DNA of 64,000 nucleotides from Minisyncoccota bacterium. Its GTDB lineage: Bacteria; Patescibacteriota; Minisyncoccia; Phycocordibacterales; UBA9973. Positions 19,076 through 29,027 of this stretch are shown here, one piece after another. The notes below the pieces were generated by a model. The model worked only from the letters and a program-made list of their open reading frames with translations. It did no database searches and was not told the origin of the DNA. Position numbers and translations under genes: made by a program. Every line of letters begins with the position of its first letter. Positions within the stretch are counted from its first letter, which is position 1. The stretch is from positions 65,281-129,280 of the forward strand of contig JARLIG010000009.1 of assembly GCA_031291825.1 (NCBI GenBank), in the 5' to 3' direction.

Positions 19076-20452
19076 TTAGAAATCCAACACCACACTGCTC
19101 CCTTGTTCTGGCGCGGAAGCATTGAGTCCTAGATTGTCACGAATTTTTTGTACTAAAAACATTTCCGATTTTGGTTCTCCCATTACGACGAAAATTCTTT
19201 TGACTGTATCTTGCATATATGACACAAATTCGAGCAAATGGTCAGAATCTTTATGCCCAGAATATCCAGAAATTATTACGATATGTGCTCGAACAATAAC
19301 CTCTTCACCAGAAATACGTACTGTTTTCATTCCCTCTTCAATCAAACGCCCAGGTGTGCCGACAGACTGATAACCAGTCAAAAGCAATGTATTGTTCGCA
19401 TTCGGTAGATAATGTCTCTCATGATGCACTACTCGTCCGCCAGTAGACATGCCACTCCCAGCAATCACTATCTTTGGGTCTGGCACGGTGCCAATCAGCT
19501 TGGATTCTTCGGAACGAAGCGTACTATGTAATCCAGGGAAATCAAATAAATATTTTCCAGGAGAAATCATTGCTTGTGCGGCATCATTAAAATATTCTTT
19601 ATATTGCTTGAAAACTTCTGTCAGACGGATAGCCAACGGAGAATCAAAAAATATCGGCATCACTGGAATACGGTCATTTGTCACCATACCATCCAATTCA
19701 AAAAGAAGTTCTTGTGAACGTTCCAAAGAAAAAGTCGGAATAACTAGTGTTCCTTTTCTCTTGTAATTATCTTGAATCGTTTCTGCTAAAAACTTTTGAC
19801 GGTCATTTCTGTCTTCGTGGTTGCGGTCGCCATAGACACTTTCCATTATCAAATAGTCCGCATCAGTAATCTTTTCCGTATCGGGCAAAATTGGCGAAGG
19901 ACTATTACCTAAATCTCCTGTGAAAACAATTTTTTTGCCGTTATAAATAAATTCCACCATCGCGGACCCTAAAATATGTCCGGCATTTAAAAAATTAACC
20001 GTCACGTTTGGAGTGATTTTTATATCTTCATGATATTTAAAGCCTTGCCAGAGTGAAAGTGAAAGTTTGATATTCTCTGCAGAATAAATTTTATCTAAAC
20101 CTAGTTCCGTATTTTTGCTTAAAATTCCAGCGGTATCTTCGAGCATCGGCAAAGCTAATCCATGCGTCGGCTCAGTGGAATAAATTTTACCGCGGAAGCC
20201 TTCTTCTATTAATTTTGGCACTCGGCCTAGATGGTCTACGTGCGCATGCGTTACAAAAAGTATATCTATTTCTTTTGGATTATAAGTAAATGGGTCCCAG
20301 TTTATGTCATCTGCCACTTTGGCGCCTTGGGTTAATCCGCAATCAACTAAAACTCTTAGGCCATCAATTTCCAATAGAAAATTTGCGCCAGTAACTGAAC
20401 CTGTTCCTCCGTAAAATGTCACCTTGGCTGTTTTGCCTGTTGTATTTTCCAT
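19076..20452 (-). CDS. MBL-fold beta-CASP ribonuclease
   Basis: THAHVDH, AGHILGSA, FTGDLG, MESVYG, SGHKD; start moved to MENTT. Confidence 0.9.
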   Translation of the reverse strand: MENTTGKTAKVTFYGGTGSVTGANFLLEIDGLRVLVDCGLTQGAKVADDINWDPFTYNPKEIDILFVTHAHVDHLGRVPKLIEEGFRGKIYSTEPTHGLALPMLEDTAGILSKNTELGLDKIYSAENIKLSLSLWQGFKYHEDIKITPNVTVNFLNAGHILGSAMVEFIYNGKKIVFTGDLGNSPSPILPDTEKITDADYLIMESVYGDRNHEDRNDRQKFLAETIQDNYKRKGTLVIPTFSLERSQELLFELDGMVTNDRIPVMPIFFDSPLAIRLTEVFKQYKEYFNDAAQAMISPGKYLFDFPGLHSTLRSEESKLIGTVPDPKIVIAGSGMSTGGRVVHHERHYLPNANNTLLLTGYQSVGTPGRLIEEGMKTVRISGEEVIVRAHIVIISGYSGHKDSDHLLEFVSYMQDTVKRIFVVMGEPKSEMFLVQKIRDNLGLNASAPEQGSSVVLDF

Positions 20453-20477
20453 TATTTGTATATTGTACCCCATTTGT

Positions 20478-20636
20478 AAAAAAAAATCCGCAATTATGCG
20501 GAATTCTTTTTAGGACTATCTCGGATGTATTACCATAGCTTAAAGCTAAGTGGGTGTTAGACGTTTGAAACCAAGGCTTCACTCGATCGAAACTCCCATA
20601 AATTAGTGTTCTAGGTAATAATCAGAAATAACCCTA
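20478..20636 (-). ncRNA. Candidate compact 6S RNA with own promoter and terminator
   Basis: Rod TAGGGTTATTTC/GAGATAGTCCTA and TATTACC/GGTAATA, 12x12 nt central bubble, apical stem; TATAGT -10 at 20642-20647; terminator 20478-20505. Confidence 0.65.
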
Positions 20637-20720
20637 CCTAAACTATACACTCCGTAAAATTTTCTGCAACCTAGACGAACTATTTTTTTTGTTTTCGAAT
20701 GAATTCAAGAAAAAATTTAA

Positions 20721-21260
20721 TTAAAAATGCATATCAAACCAATTCAAACCGTAATTTTTTGTAATTACATCTCTCTCGCCGAGAGGAGTTGCTATTTTAC
20801 TTTCAAAACCAAATAATTTAATTGCTTCTTGAATGCTTTCTTCGCTGTTCCCTTCTATTTCTAAATAAGCAGGCATTTTAGGATATTGATCTAAGTCAAA
20901 TCTCCAATCCTTGTACTTCCATGAAATACGATCTTTTTCTTGGTGACCATAAATTTCTAAACCTATCTCCAAAAACAACTCTTCACACGACTTAAGGTCC
21001 GTAATTTTTAAATTTATTTCTTTTTTTGTACTAGAGGCGCCTAAGTGTTCTCTTTTGCCTTTCCAGGTAATTTCACTATTCCCTTCGCTGTCTGTTCTAA
21101 TGCGCAGAAACCAAGGATATTTACCTTCTTCGTGGTTTGGTGCTTTAAACCAATCAACTGAAAGCCGTGTATCAAGAATTTTCTCTGCATTCAATTCAAG
21201 CATTTTTTCTCTAAATTTATTTACATCCACCTCTAAAATTTTTGTTTCTATTTCTTGCAT
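20721..21260 (-). CDS. CYTH domain protein (class IV adenylate cyclase-like)
   Basis: EIETK, FLRIR, ITWKG, EKDR, YLEIEG. Confidence 0.88.
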   Translation of the reverse strand: MQEIETKILEVDVNKFREKMLELNAEKILDTRLSVDWFKAPNHEEGKYPWFLRIRTDSEGNSEITWKGKREHLGASSTKKEINLKITDLKSCEELFLEIGLEIYGHQEKDRISWKYKDWRFDLDQYPKMPAYLEIEGNSEESIQEAIKLFGFESKIATPLGERDVITKNYGLNWFDMHF

Positions 21261-21310
21261 AAAATTATCTTAACATAAAATCCCCTTTCGGGGATTTTAT
21301 CAATTATTAT

Positions 21311-21895
21311 TTACTCGTCTATTCCATAACGCTTGTAATCATACGTCTCACCATCTCCAAACCAATGTTTAATCTCATGCTCTGCCTCTTCTGGAGTCTC
21401 AGAACAGTGTATGATGTTTGCCACAGCTCGCTTTTCTTTGTTTGCAAGAGCAGGACTGTCTACAGAAAAATCTCCGCGAATAGTGCCCACAGCCGCGAGA
21501 TACGGCATAGTTTCCCCTGCAACCTTACGGACTACGTCTACTGCGTGAGTACCTTGCACTACTATCTTTACAAGTGGTGCGGACTTCATAAAATCAAGAA
21601 GCCACTTGCGAATTTCCGGACCAATTTTTTCCGGTTCAATGGTGCCAAAGTCTAGCATCGCATCATAGCCATATTTCTGATAAGTAGAGAGGGTCTTTTG
21701 TCCCAATCTGGTTATCCAAGCTTCATCTTTTGGGTAGTGATTGTGTAGCTGGTCATGAGTAGGCTGAAACATTTCAAGCGCCACGATCTTTAAATCTCGC
21801 TGTTCAAAACGACTAATAATTTCGCCAATAAGGCCCTTTCGAACTCCGTCTGGCTTTATCATCACATATGTTCTCTCTTTTTTTGGATCTGTCAT
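21311..21895 (-). CDS. ndk: Nucleoside diphosphate kinase, long form
   Basis: ERTYVMIKPDG, GTIRGDF, NIIHCS. Confidence 0.95.
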   Translation of the reverse strand: MTDPKKERTYVMIKPDGVRKGLIGEIISRFEQRDLKIVALEMFQPTHDQLHNHYPKDEAWITRLGQKTLSTYQKYGYDAMLDFGTIEPEKIGPEIRKWLLDFMKSAPLVKIVVQGTHAVDVVRKVAGETMPYLAAVGTIRGDFSVDSPALANKEKRAVANIIHCSETPEEAEHEIKHWFGDGETYDYKRYGIDE

Positions 21896-21938
21896 AAATT
21901 CTATCTTAGCAGAAAAAAGTTTTTTTGTAAAATTTTAT

Positions 21939-22454
21939 TTATTTAAAAACACTAGTCGTGTCATAGCCCAATTCTTTCGCCCGAGCGATAGATTTTTTGA
22001 AAAAATAAATCCAATGGTCATAATCTTTTTCCTGATTTCTAGAATTCCAATTCTCTAAAATTTCCTGCGCCGTTACCCATTCCAGAGTAAATTTTTCATG
22101 CGCCTCAAGTTGAGTTGACATCAATTTGGTACTTTTTAAGATTACCAGAAAACATGTCGCGTGTGCCACGCGGTCGACATTTTTTAATGTATTGTGGAAA
22201 TGACACAAAGCTTCGGCAATTTTTTCAACATAAAGAAAATCAGACAATCCACTTTCTTCTCTAACCTCTCGAAGAACGCCATCTTTAATATCTTCGCCTA
22301 CGTTAACACCTCCAGAAAAAAGCCGGTACAAACCACTTTCCTGTTTACCAACTGCGTACTTCTGACTTTGCGGGTCAAAAACAACTCCGCATCCACCATC
22401 TCGACGTTCTTCCTTTTCTCTCTTTATTCCAAATTCAGGAATATCAGTTTCCAT
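21939..22454 (-). CDS. NUDIX hydrolase
   Basis: GGVNVGEDIKDGVLREVREESG Nudix box. Confidence 0.88.
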   Translation of the reverse strand: METDIPEFGIKREKEERRDGGCGVVFDPQSQKYAVGKQESGLYRLFSGGVNVGEDIKDGVLREVREESGLSDFLYVEKIAEALCHFHNTLKNVDRVAHATCFLVILKSTKLMSTQLEAHEKFTLEWVTAQEILENWNSRNQEKDYDHWIYFFKKSIARAKELGYDTTSVFK

Positions 22455-22459
22455 AAATT

Positions 22460-25228
22460 TTATTCCATTGAACTAAATCTTGCCATAATCTCAGCCTCGA
22501 CTTCTTCCCTGTCTCGACCATATTTTTCGTAAGAAAGTTGCTTTAAGCTGTCCACCACATCCATACTACTGCCTTTTTCTGGCGGAAGAGTTTTTATATT
22601 AAAAGGTTTAGTTGGCTGACCATTAACAAGCATATTCACATACGCATTGTAGTTATCTAGTTTCGTTATGTCAGATGCGCTAAATTGAGGTTTAAATCTT
22701 GGTTCCAAAAATGTCGCGTCTTCGGTGCCGACACGGAAGACAGCCATCGAGCCTACGTTTCCAAATACGGCATTTTTAATATTGTCTTCCAACTGAGCAA
22801 TGTATTGATGAGCGATATTCAAGGAAAGTCTATACTTGCGCGCTTCGGACAAAATAGAAGCTATGGAATCCGTTGTGACATTTTGGAACTCGTCAATGTA
22901 AAGATAAAAATCATTCATCGGTTTACCGAACATATCTACTCGTGAGAGTGCCGCCATTTGAATCTTTCCAACCAACACAAGACCAATAAGATTTGCGTTA
23001 ATATCGCCGAGTCTGCCCTTGGAAAGATTCACAAGAAGAATTTTTTTCTCGTCCATAATTTTTCGGAAATTGAAAACTGAATTTTGTTGCAACACGACTG
23101 GACGCATGATATCGTTCGAAATAAAATTATCAAATTTGGAAGAAATATAAGGAACGAAGTTTGCCAAGGATTGGTCTCCAGTCGTCTGTTCGGCGGAAAT
23201 CCAAAACTGTTTGATGATTGGATTCTTGCAACGAGAAAGTTTCAAGTCACGGAATTCTTTGTCTGCCAAAACACGTGTAATTTCCAGTAAAGTTGAACCC
23301 GACTCTGGGTCTTCCATCACCAAAAATGCACTATTTCTAAAATATTGTTCAAACATCGCTCCGCCGCCGACTTTCATATCAAAGAGTTTATTAAAAATTC
23401 CCATCATTTCGTTCACCACAAAAGTTTTCTGTTCGGGATATTTCGGGTCATATTCAAGCATGTTAAGTCCCATCGGTCGAGCTGTGTAAGCTGGGTCAAA
23501 ATAAATCACATCGTCAATACGTTCAGGCGGAATACGAGACAAAATAGTTTGAATGTCTGTGCCGTGCGGGTCAATATAGCAACAACCGTCTCCATTTCGG
23601 ATGTCCTGCGTAATCATATTGAGCATGATATTTGTCTTTCCAGTACCAGTCTGACCGATAACATAAAAATGTCGCATACGGTCTTCACGTGCCAAATGAA
23701 TTTCTGTGTCTCGTCCCCGATAACTGTTTACCCCTATGACTATTCCCTGCTGTCCCATCTCAATTGGTGCTGGCGCAATACCCGCTTTCGCTTCCTTGAG
23801 CTGTGGCTGTCCGCCGATACCAACTGGGAAATGAAACACCGAAGATAATTCTTGTAAATTCAAAGGCAAAGTATGTTCGGCAGAAAATGTGCGGTAAGAA
23901 AAATCATGGAAAAGTTGTTTTAGTTCGCTGCCATTCGCCTGCTCAAAAACAAAAGAATTACTAGCCGCTTCAGAAAACTGATTGAAGGATGACTCTATCT
24001 CTTTCAAAACAGCTTCTGCTCGTTCTCTGGTAGTACCTGAAGCCACCACACGAATATTTGCTTTCATGATGGTGCTTTTTATTTTGTTGCCTATCTTTTC
24101 AGCTGCGCCTTCATCTATTGCTCTCCTGCCTTTAATGGATTTTTCTTTAACTTCTTCTTTTTTTTCTTTATATCCAAACAAAAGGCCCTTGCCTGCTTTC
24201 AAAAAAGCATGGTTGATTTTATAAAAATTATCAGCCGCATTTTTTACCGAATAACCATCCTTAACATCGTCCAAAATTTTATGAAACTCATTAATAAATT
24301 TTTCTCCAGCCGGCATAATCACAACCTGAATCGCTGCGCCCTCTCCCGCAGTTTTTAATTGAGAAAAAACATTTAAGATTGGATTCATCGGGTCATGTTC
24401 TATCTTGTCATAAGTTTTAATCGGCATTACGTCACGCTGTGTAAAGCTAGCATAGGCGCCAACTGAAAAGCCACCATCGTTGAACACATTGTAGTCATCT
24501 GTCACTTCACGAATCTTAGCATTATGATAGAAGGCTAAAATTTGTTTTTCAAAAAGAGAGATGTGTTTGTTTGGTATCGCAGCAAAAACAACAACTTCGT
24601 CGGTGTTAATACCCAGCCCTACTTCCAAAACAAAATAATTTTCTTTTTCATTATACTTACCTTCACCGATGGACTGCATCCCAGCATAAAATTGTTCCAT
24701 CGCGCCGATGAACTCTTTGAAACCTTTTGATTTATCTGCTTCATCGACTGACGGCGGAAGCGTAATTTCAAAAAGTGTCATATTGAGAGCTTTGTATTGA
24801 GGAGAACTTTCTTTAAAATCAAGCTTAGCATATCCATTCTTTATGTATTGAATAAGAATTCGATGAAAATCAGCATCAATATGTGGATTATTCATAGCCT
24901 CCACCACACTAAGTGCGTTCCTAACACCTTTAGTGATGACAATCCCCAAAAGTTCTTCCATCACATTATCGTGCGGCTCAGGACGCAAAGCTAAAACGAT
25001 ACTCTCCACTTCTTTTTCTTTTAAGATATTGCTCTTGTGAACAAATTCTTCAGCTGGTATTTCTTTGTATAGGCCAATGACATCTTTCGCAGCATCATCT
25101 CCCGCGTTTTCTATGTGTCCGATATTAATCAATTCCTTCTCACGCATTTCTACATGCGCACGCAAATAATTGAGCTCGTCTTCAGGAGTTTTAAACTTCG
25201 GCATTTCTCTGAAAAAGGATGGTTCCAT
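22460..25228 (-). CDS. VirD4/TrwB/TraM-recognition-type (HerA-FtsK superfamily) ATPase
   Basis: RHFYVIGQTGTGKT, IDPHG, YIDEFQN, LSEARKY, AHQYIAQL. Confidence 0.85.
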   Translation of the reverse strand: MEPSFFREMPKFKTPEDELNYLRAHVEMREKELINIGHIENAGDDAAKDVIGLYKEIPAEEFVHKSNILKEKEVESIVLALRPEPHDNVMEELLGIVITKGVRNALSVVEAMNNPHIDADFHRILIQYIKNGYAKLDFKESSPQYKALNMTLFEITLPPSVDEADKSKGFKEFIGAMEQFYAGMQSIGEGKYNEKENYFVLEVGLGINTDEVVVFAAIPNKHISLFEKQILAFYHNAKIREVTDDYNVFNDGGFSVGAYASFTQRDVMPIKTYDKIEHDPMNPILNVFSQLKTAGEGAAIQVVIMPAGEKFINEFHKILDDVKDGYSVKNAADNFYKINHAFLKAGKGLLFGYKEKKEEVKEKSIKGRRAIDEGAAEKIGNKIKSTIMKANIRVVASGTTRERAEAVLKEIESSFNQFSEAASNSFVFEQANGSELKQLFHDFSYRTFSAEHTLPLNLQELSSVFHFPVGIGGQPQLKEAKAGIAPAPIEMGQQGIVIGVNSYRGRDTEIHLAREDRMRHFYVIGQTGTGKTNIMLNMITQDIRNGDGCCYIDPHGTDIQTILSRIPPERIDDVIYFDPAYTARPMGLNMLEYDPKYPEQKTFVVNEMMGIFNKLFDMKVGGGAMFEQYFRNSAFLVMEDPESGSTLLEITRVLADKEFRDLKLSRCKNPIIKQFWISAEQTTGDQSLANFVPYISSKFDNFISNDIMRPVVLQQNSVFNFRKIMDEKKILLVNLSKGRLGDINANLIGLVLVGKIQMAALSRVDMFGKPMNDFYLYIDEFQNVTTDSIASILSEARKYRLSLNIAHQYIAQLEDNIKNAVFGNVGSMAVFRVGTEDATFLEPRFKPQFSASDITKLDNYNAYVNMLVNGQPTKPFNIKTLPPEKGSSMDVVDSLKQLSYEKYGRDREEVEAEIMARFSSME

Positions 25229-25245
25229 TAGAAATATTATATCAT

Positions 25246-25353
25246 AAAGGGTGAATTTTTGAATTTTGGAGACTTGCGCAGGCTGGCGAGCCGAGCAGGA
25301 AGAATTTTTTAGTAAAAAAATATCTGTGCTCCAAAATTTAAAATATACCCTTT
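25246..25353. repeat. Family B structured intergenic element, copy 2
   Basis: Same core as 18927-19069 with compensatory stem changes. Confidence 0.85.
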
Positions 25354-26131
25354 AAACTTTCGTTAAAATTTCCGGATCGCCTTCGGTAATCAAAATAGTT
25401 TTTTCAAAATGCGCGCTGGGCTTTCTATCCGCCGTACGAAAAGTCCAATCATCGTCATCAATCGTTACATTCTTTGTTCCCAGATTTAACATCGGTTCAA
25501 TAGCTATGATCATTCCAGGCACCAGCTTTGCACCTGTTCCCTTTTTACCAAAGTTTGGTACAAAAGGATCTTCGTGGATAGCCTTGCCGACACCATGCCC
25601 CGCCAAAACCTCCACAATGCCATATTTCTGCCCTTTTTCCTGTGATCGTACAAACTTCTCGATGGCATAGCCGATATCTCCAACTCTATTACCTGCCACG
25701 GCGGCATCAATTCCAACCTGTAAAGATTTCTCAGTAACTTCCAAAAGTTTTAAATTTTTTTCACTTGTTTTTCCCACGGGCACAGTTATCGCCATGTCGG
25801 TAAACATTCCGTGATGTTTAGTGCCTAAATCAAGCGAAATAATATCACCTTCTTTTAGAATTCTTGTTTTGCTGGGAATTCCATGCACCACTTCATCGTT
25901 GACCGAAACGCACAAAGTTGCCGGAAAAGGAGTCGAGGCGCCTTCTGGACGATAATTCAAAAAAGCAGGAACGTCACCCATCTCACGAATTATTTTTTCC
26001 GCATAAATATCTAAATCTTTTGTGGAGACCCCTACCGCTACTTTTTCTTTAACCTTATAAAGAACAGTCGCTAGGTTTTTACAACCCTCGCGCATTATTT
26101 CAATTTCTTCTGGTGTTTTAATTATTATCAT
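25352..26131 (-). CDS. map: Methionine aminopeptidase type I
   Basis: CVSVNDEVVHGIP, GHGVG, HEDP, IEPM, SAHFE. Confidence 0.97.
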   Translation of the reverse strand: MIIIKTPEEIEIMREGCKNLATVLYKVKEKVAVGVSTKDLDIYAEKIIREMGDVPAFLNYRPEGASTPFPATLCVSVNDEVVHGIPSKTRILKEGDIISLDLGTKHHGMFTDMAITVPVGKTSEKNLKLLEVTEKSLQVGIDAAVAGNRVGDIGYAIEKFVRSQEKGQKYGIVEVLAGHGVGKAIHEDPFVPNFGKKGTGAKLVPGMIIAIEPMLNLGTKNVTIDDDDWTFRTADRKPSAHFEKTILITEGDPEILTKV

Positions 26132-26718
26132 TAAAATTCTAGCGCTTTCACAATATCTTTATGGACATCTTCGACACTTTGTTCACCATTAATTGTGTAT
26201 ATTGTATAACCTTTTTTTCCTTTAAAATAATTCATAGATGGAACAACGCTTTTTACGTATTCATCAAATCTTTTAGTGATTCCTTCATCTGTATCATCGT
26301 GTCTCCCCCTCTTTTTCAACCTTCTCACAGCCTCTTCTTTAGATATTTCAATATAAATAATATTTACATTTTCACGTTCAAAAAACTCAATCATTTTTTC
26401 AAATGAAACAGATTGATCCACCGCGCGAGGATATCCGTCAGCTATTAAATTCTTTTCTGGAGTTAGGAAAGAAATAAAAATATTAGCCATAATTGCATCA
26501 GTCAAGAATCCAGGAAGAAGTTCACCTCTAGAAAGAGGACCTTTGACTAAAGAACCGATGTAATCGTCGGATTGTGTTATTCTCCTATATTCATTACCCG
26601 GAGAAGCATAGACAGTATCTAATCCAGTTTTATTTTTAAGTAGTTCTGTTAAAAGCTTAATTTGAGTCCCCTTTCCAGCACCCGCTATTCCATAAAATAC
26701 GAAGGTTTGTGATTGCAT
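26131..26718 (-). CDS. adk: Adenylate kinase, short LID type
   Basis: GIAGAGKGTQ, DGYPR, RGRHDD; sits next to map. Confidence 0.85.
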   Translation of the reverse strand: MQSQTFVFYGIAGAGKGTQIKLLTELLKNKTGLDTVYASPGNEYRRITQSDDYIGSLVKGPLSRGELLPGFLTDAIMANIFISFLTPEKNLIADGYPRAVDQSVSFEKMIEFFERENVNIIYIEISKEEAVRRLKKRGRHDDTDEGITKRFDEYVKSVVPSMNYFKGKKGYTIYTINGEQSVEDVHKDIVKALEF

Positions 26719-26791
26719 AAACTAACAATACAAAATTTGGCTTGAATAATCAAGGTTATCTTTTTACCGTAAAATATGTTTTAATAATGCT

Positions 26792-27364
26792 ATGAACAAG
26801 AAAGAAATTATTACTATTTGTGGAAGTTTGGGCAGTGGAAAGTCCAGCACCGCCAAAAAAGTGGCTCAAATTTTAGGATTTAAACATTTCTCTTCTGGAG
26901 ATTTTTTCCGCCAAGTCGGACTGGAATTAGGTTTGTCTGTCACCGAAACCAACAAAAGAGCCGAAACCGACCCGAAGATAGATGAAATGACCGACCAGAA
27001 ATTGAGAGACATGCGAGATGCCGACAGGGTTGTCATTGATTCTCGCACCGCCTATCACTGGATTCCAGAATCTTTTAAGGTTTATTTGGACCTTTCCCCT
27101 GATATTGCCAAGGAAAGAATTTTAAGCAGTATGAAAAATGACGCGCTGCGCAAACAAAGCGAGCAAGCCGAAAATAGTGAAGAAGTTTTGAAAAAGATGA
27201 CGGAACGCTTTGAAAGTGAGCAGAAAAGATATTGGGAACTTTACAAAATAGACAATACGGACAAAAATCAATTTGATCTCGTAATCGATACAAACAAAAA
27301 CAACCTTGAACAGGTTGTTAATATTATCGTAGAGGAATATAAAAAGTGGGCAGAGAATAATTAG
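26792..27364 (+). CDS. cmk: Cytidylate kinase, short archaeal-type family
   Basis: ITICGSLGSGKSS, SSGDFFR, DSR, RYWELY, DLVIDT. Confidence 0.8.
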   Translation: MNKKEIITICGSLGSGKSSTAKKVAQILGFKHFSSGDFFRQVGLELGLSVTETNKRAETDPKIDEMTDQKLRDMRDADRVVIDSRTAYHWIPESFKVYLDLSPDIAKERILSSMKNDALRKQSEQAENSEEVLKKMTERFESEQKRYWELYKIDNTDKNQFDLVIDTNKNNLEQVVNIIVEEYKKWAENN

Positions 27365-28632
27365 TATTCCCTCATTGAAACCTGAGCATCAACTTTCTTG
27401 ATGAGGTCAAGAACGACAGAGACCACGATGAGCACAGAGGTGCCGCCTAAGGCAAACGATGTATTCCCGGTTATAAATTGCATTATGAGAGGCAAGATTG
27501 CCACAACTCCTAAGAAGGATGCACCGAGCAATGTGATACGATTTAGAACATTGGAAATATAAAGAGAAGTCGATGCGCCTGGACGAATACCTGGGATGAA
27601 TGCTCCGTTCTTTTGTAAATTTTCCGATAGAGCTTCTGGGTCAAAAGTGACTGCGGTATAAAAGTATGTAAATAGGAAGACAAAGATAAAATATAGCACT
27701 GCATATAGTACCGATGTCTGGGTAAAGCCAATCAAGACATGAGAAATCTTTGAGACAATAGCATTGGAATATCTAGAAAGAAAAGCTCCGATCATTTGCG
27801 GAAAGAGCAAAATAGAAAGCGCAAAGATGATTGGGATAACTCCCGCTTGGTTCACCCGAAGTGGAAGATAAGTTGAACCACCGCTCGTCATCTTTGTCCC
27901 ACGGACACGCTTCGCATAGGTGACAGGAATTGGACGCTCCGCTTCCGTAACGAGAACAATCCCCGCCAAGATGAGTATACCCACAACTATAAAGACAAGA
28001 TATAAAGGGAGCTGAGAGATATCAAAAGTGAAAATGTGTTGGCTAACCCAAGCAGGCAGACGAGCAACGATTCCGGCAAAAATGATAAGTGACACGCCAT
28101 TACCAATACCAAATTCAGAGACGAGCTCACCAACCCACATCAAAAGAACTGAACCCGCGATAACAATGATAACGTTGGTAATACGGTCAAAAGTTGTTAG
28201 ATTAACCAAAATATTTTGTTTTTCTAAAATATACAAAAGACTGAAACCTTGGATACCCGCCAGAGGAACTGTGAGAAGTCTACTGTATTGAGCAAATTTC
28301 TTGCGGCCTGCTTCTCCTTCTTCGTGATAAATTTTCTTCAGAGCTGGCACCATGATAGTCAAAAGCTGCATGATGATAGAGCCAGTGATATAAGGACCGA
28401 CACCAAGCATGATGATAGAAAGATTGGAAAGTCCACCACCAGAGAAAATATTTAAGATACCAAAAAATTGGTTGTTATTTAAAAACTGATTCAGTTGAAC
28501 TGTATCCACTCCTGGAATCGGAATAGCTGCCAGTAATCGAAAAATTATCAACGCAAAAAACACAAACAAGACTCTCATGCGTAAAGTTTTGTCGGTCCAA
28601 ATCAACTTTATTTTATTCCAAAAATTTTGCAT
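27361..28632 (-). CDS. secY: Preprotein translocase SecY
   Basis: IPIPG, LGVGPYIT, GIGNGVS, AGVIPIIFA, IPGIRPG. Confidence 0.98.
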   Translation of the reverse strand: MQNFWNKIKLIWTDKTLRMRVLFVFFALIIFRLLAAIPIPGVDTVQLNQFLNNNQFFGILNIFSGGGLSNLSIIMLGVGPYITGSIIMQLLTIMVPALKKIYHEEGEAGRKKFAQYSRLLTVPLAGIQGFSLLYILEKQNILVNLTTFDRITNVIIVIAGSVLLMWVGELVSEFGIGNGVSLIIFAGIVARLPAWVSQHIFTFDISQLPLYLVFIVVGILILAGIVLVTEAERPIPVTYAKRVRGTKMTSGGSTYLPLRVNQAGVIPIIFALSILLFPQMIGAFLSRYSNAIVSKISHVLIGFTQTSVLYAVLYFIFVFLFTYFYTAVTFDPEALSENLQKNGAFIPGIRPGASTSLYISNVLNRITLLGASFLGVVAILPLIMQFITGNTSFALGGTSVLIVVSVVLDLIKKVDAQVSMREY

Positions 28633-28644
28633 CTTACTTTTTAA

Positions 28645-28956
28645 CTATTTAATCTTGATTTTACCCCCTTTGATTCCGAGATTTTTCCTGATTGCAGAAT
28701 ATGATTCTATCTTTCCATCTTTCCCAGTCGCTTTAGCGATAGTTACGATATAAGGCTTGCGTACAGACTTGAATTGGTAACCGCGATTCTTCGGCAATTT
28801 CTTAATGATATCACGAAGTTCTGGACGACGCTTGTTACCAGCGCGAGCGGTCTGACCCTTGCCTCCGCGACCAGAAGTCTTGGCATGCTTGCCTCCACGG
28901 CCAACGATGCGGTCTTTCTTATTCTTATGAACTCTTTTTAAATTATGTATTTGCAT
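28645..28956 (-). CDS. rplO: 50S protein L15 (shortened)
   Basis: VGRGG, KTSGRGGKGQTAR. Confidence 0.92.
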   Translation of the reverse strand: MQIHNLKRVHKNKKDRIVGRGGKHAKTSGRGGKGQTARAGNKRRPELRDIIKKLPKNRGYQFKSVRKPYIVTIAKATGKDGKIESYSAIRKNLGIKGGKIKIK

Positions 28957-28962
28957 TTAATT

Positions 28963-29027
28963 TAATTACGAATTATTAATTACGGATTACGAATTGAATT
29001 TTAATTTGAAATTCTTAATTCGTAATT
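28963..29027. repeat. Heptamer microrepeat TAATTCG/CGAATTA (also 29620-29638 and 34324-34355)
   Basis: Direct and inverted copies seen in three spacers of the r-protein cluster. Confidence 0.7.
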
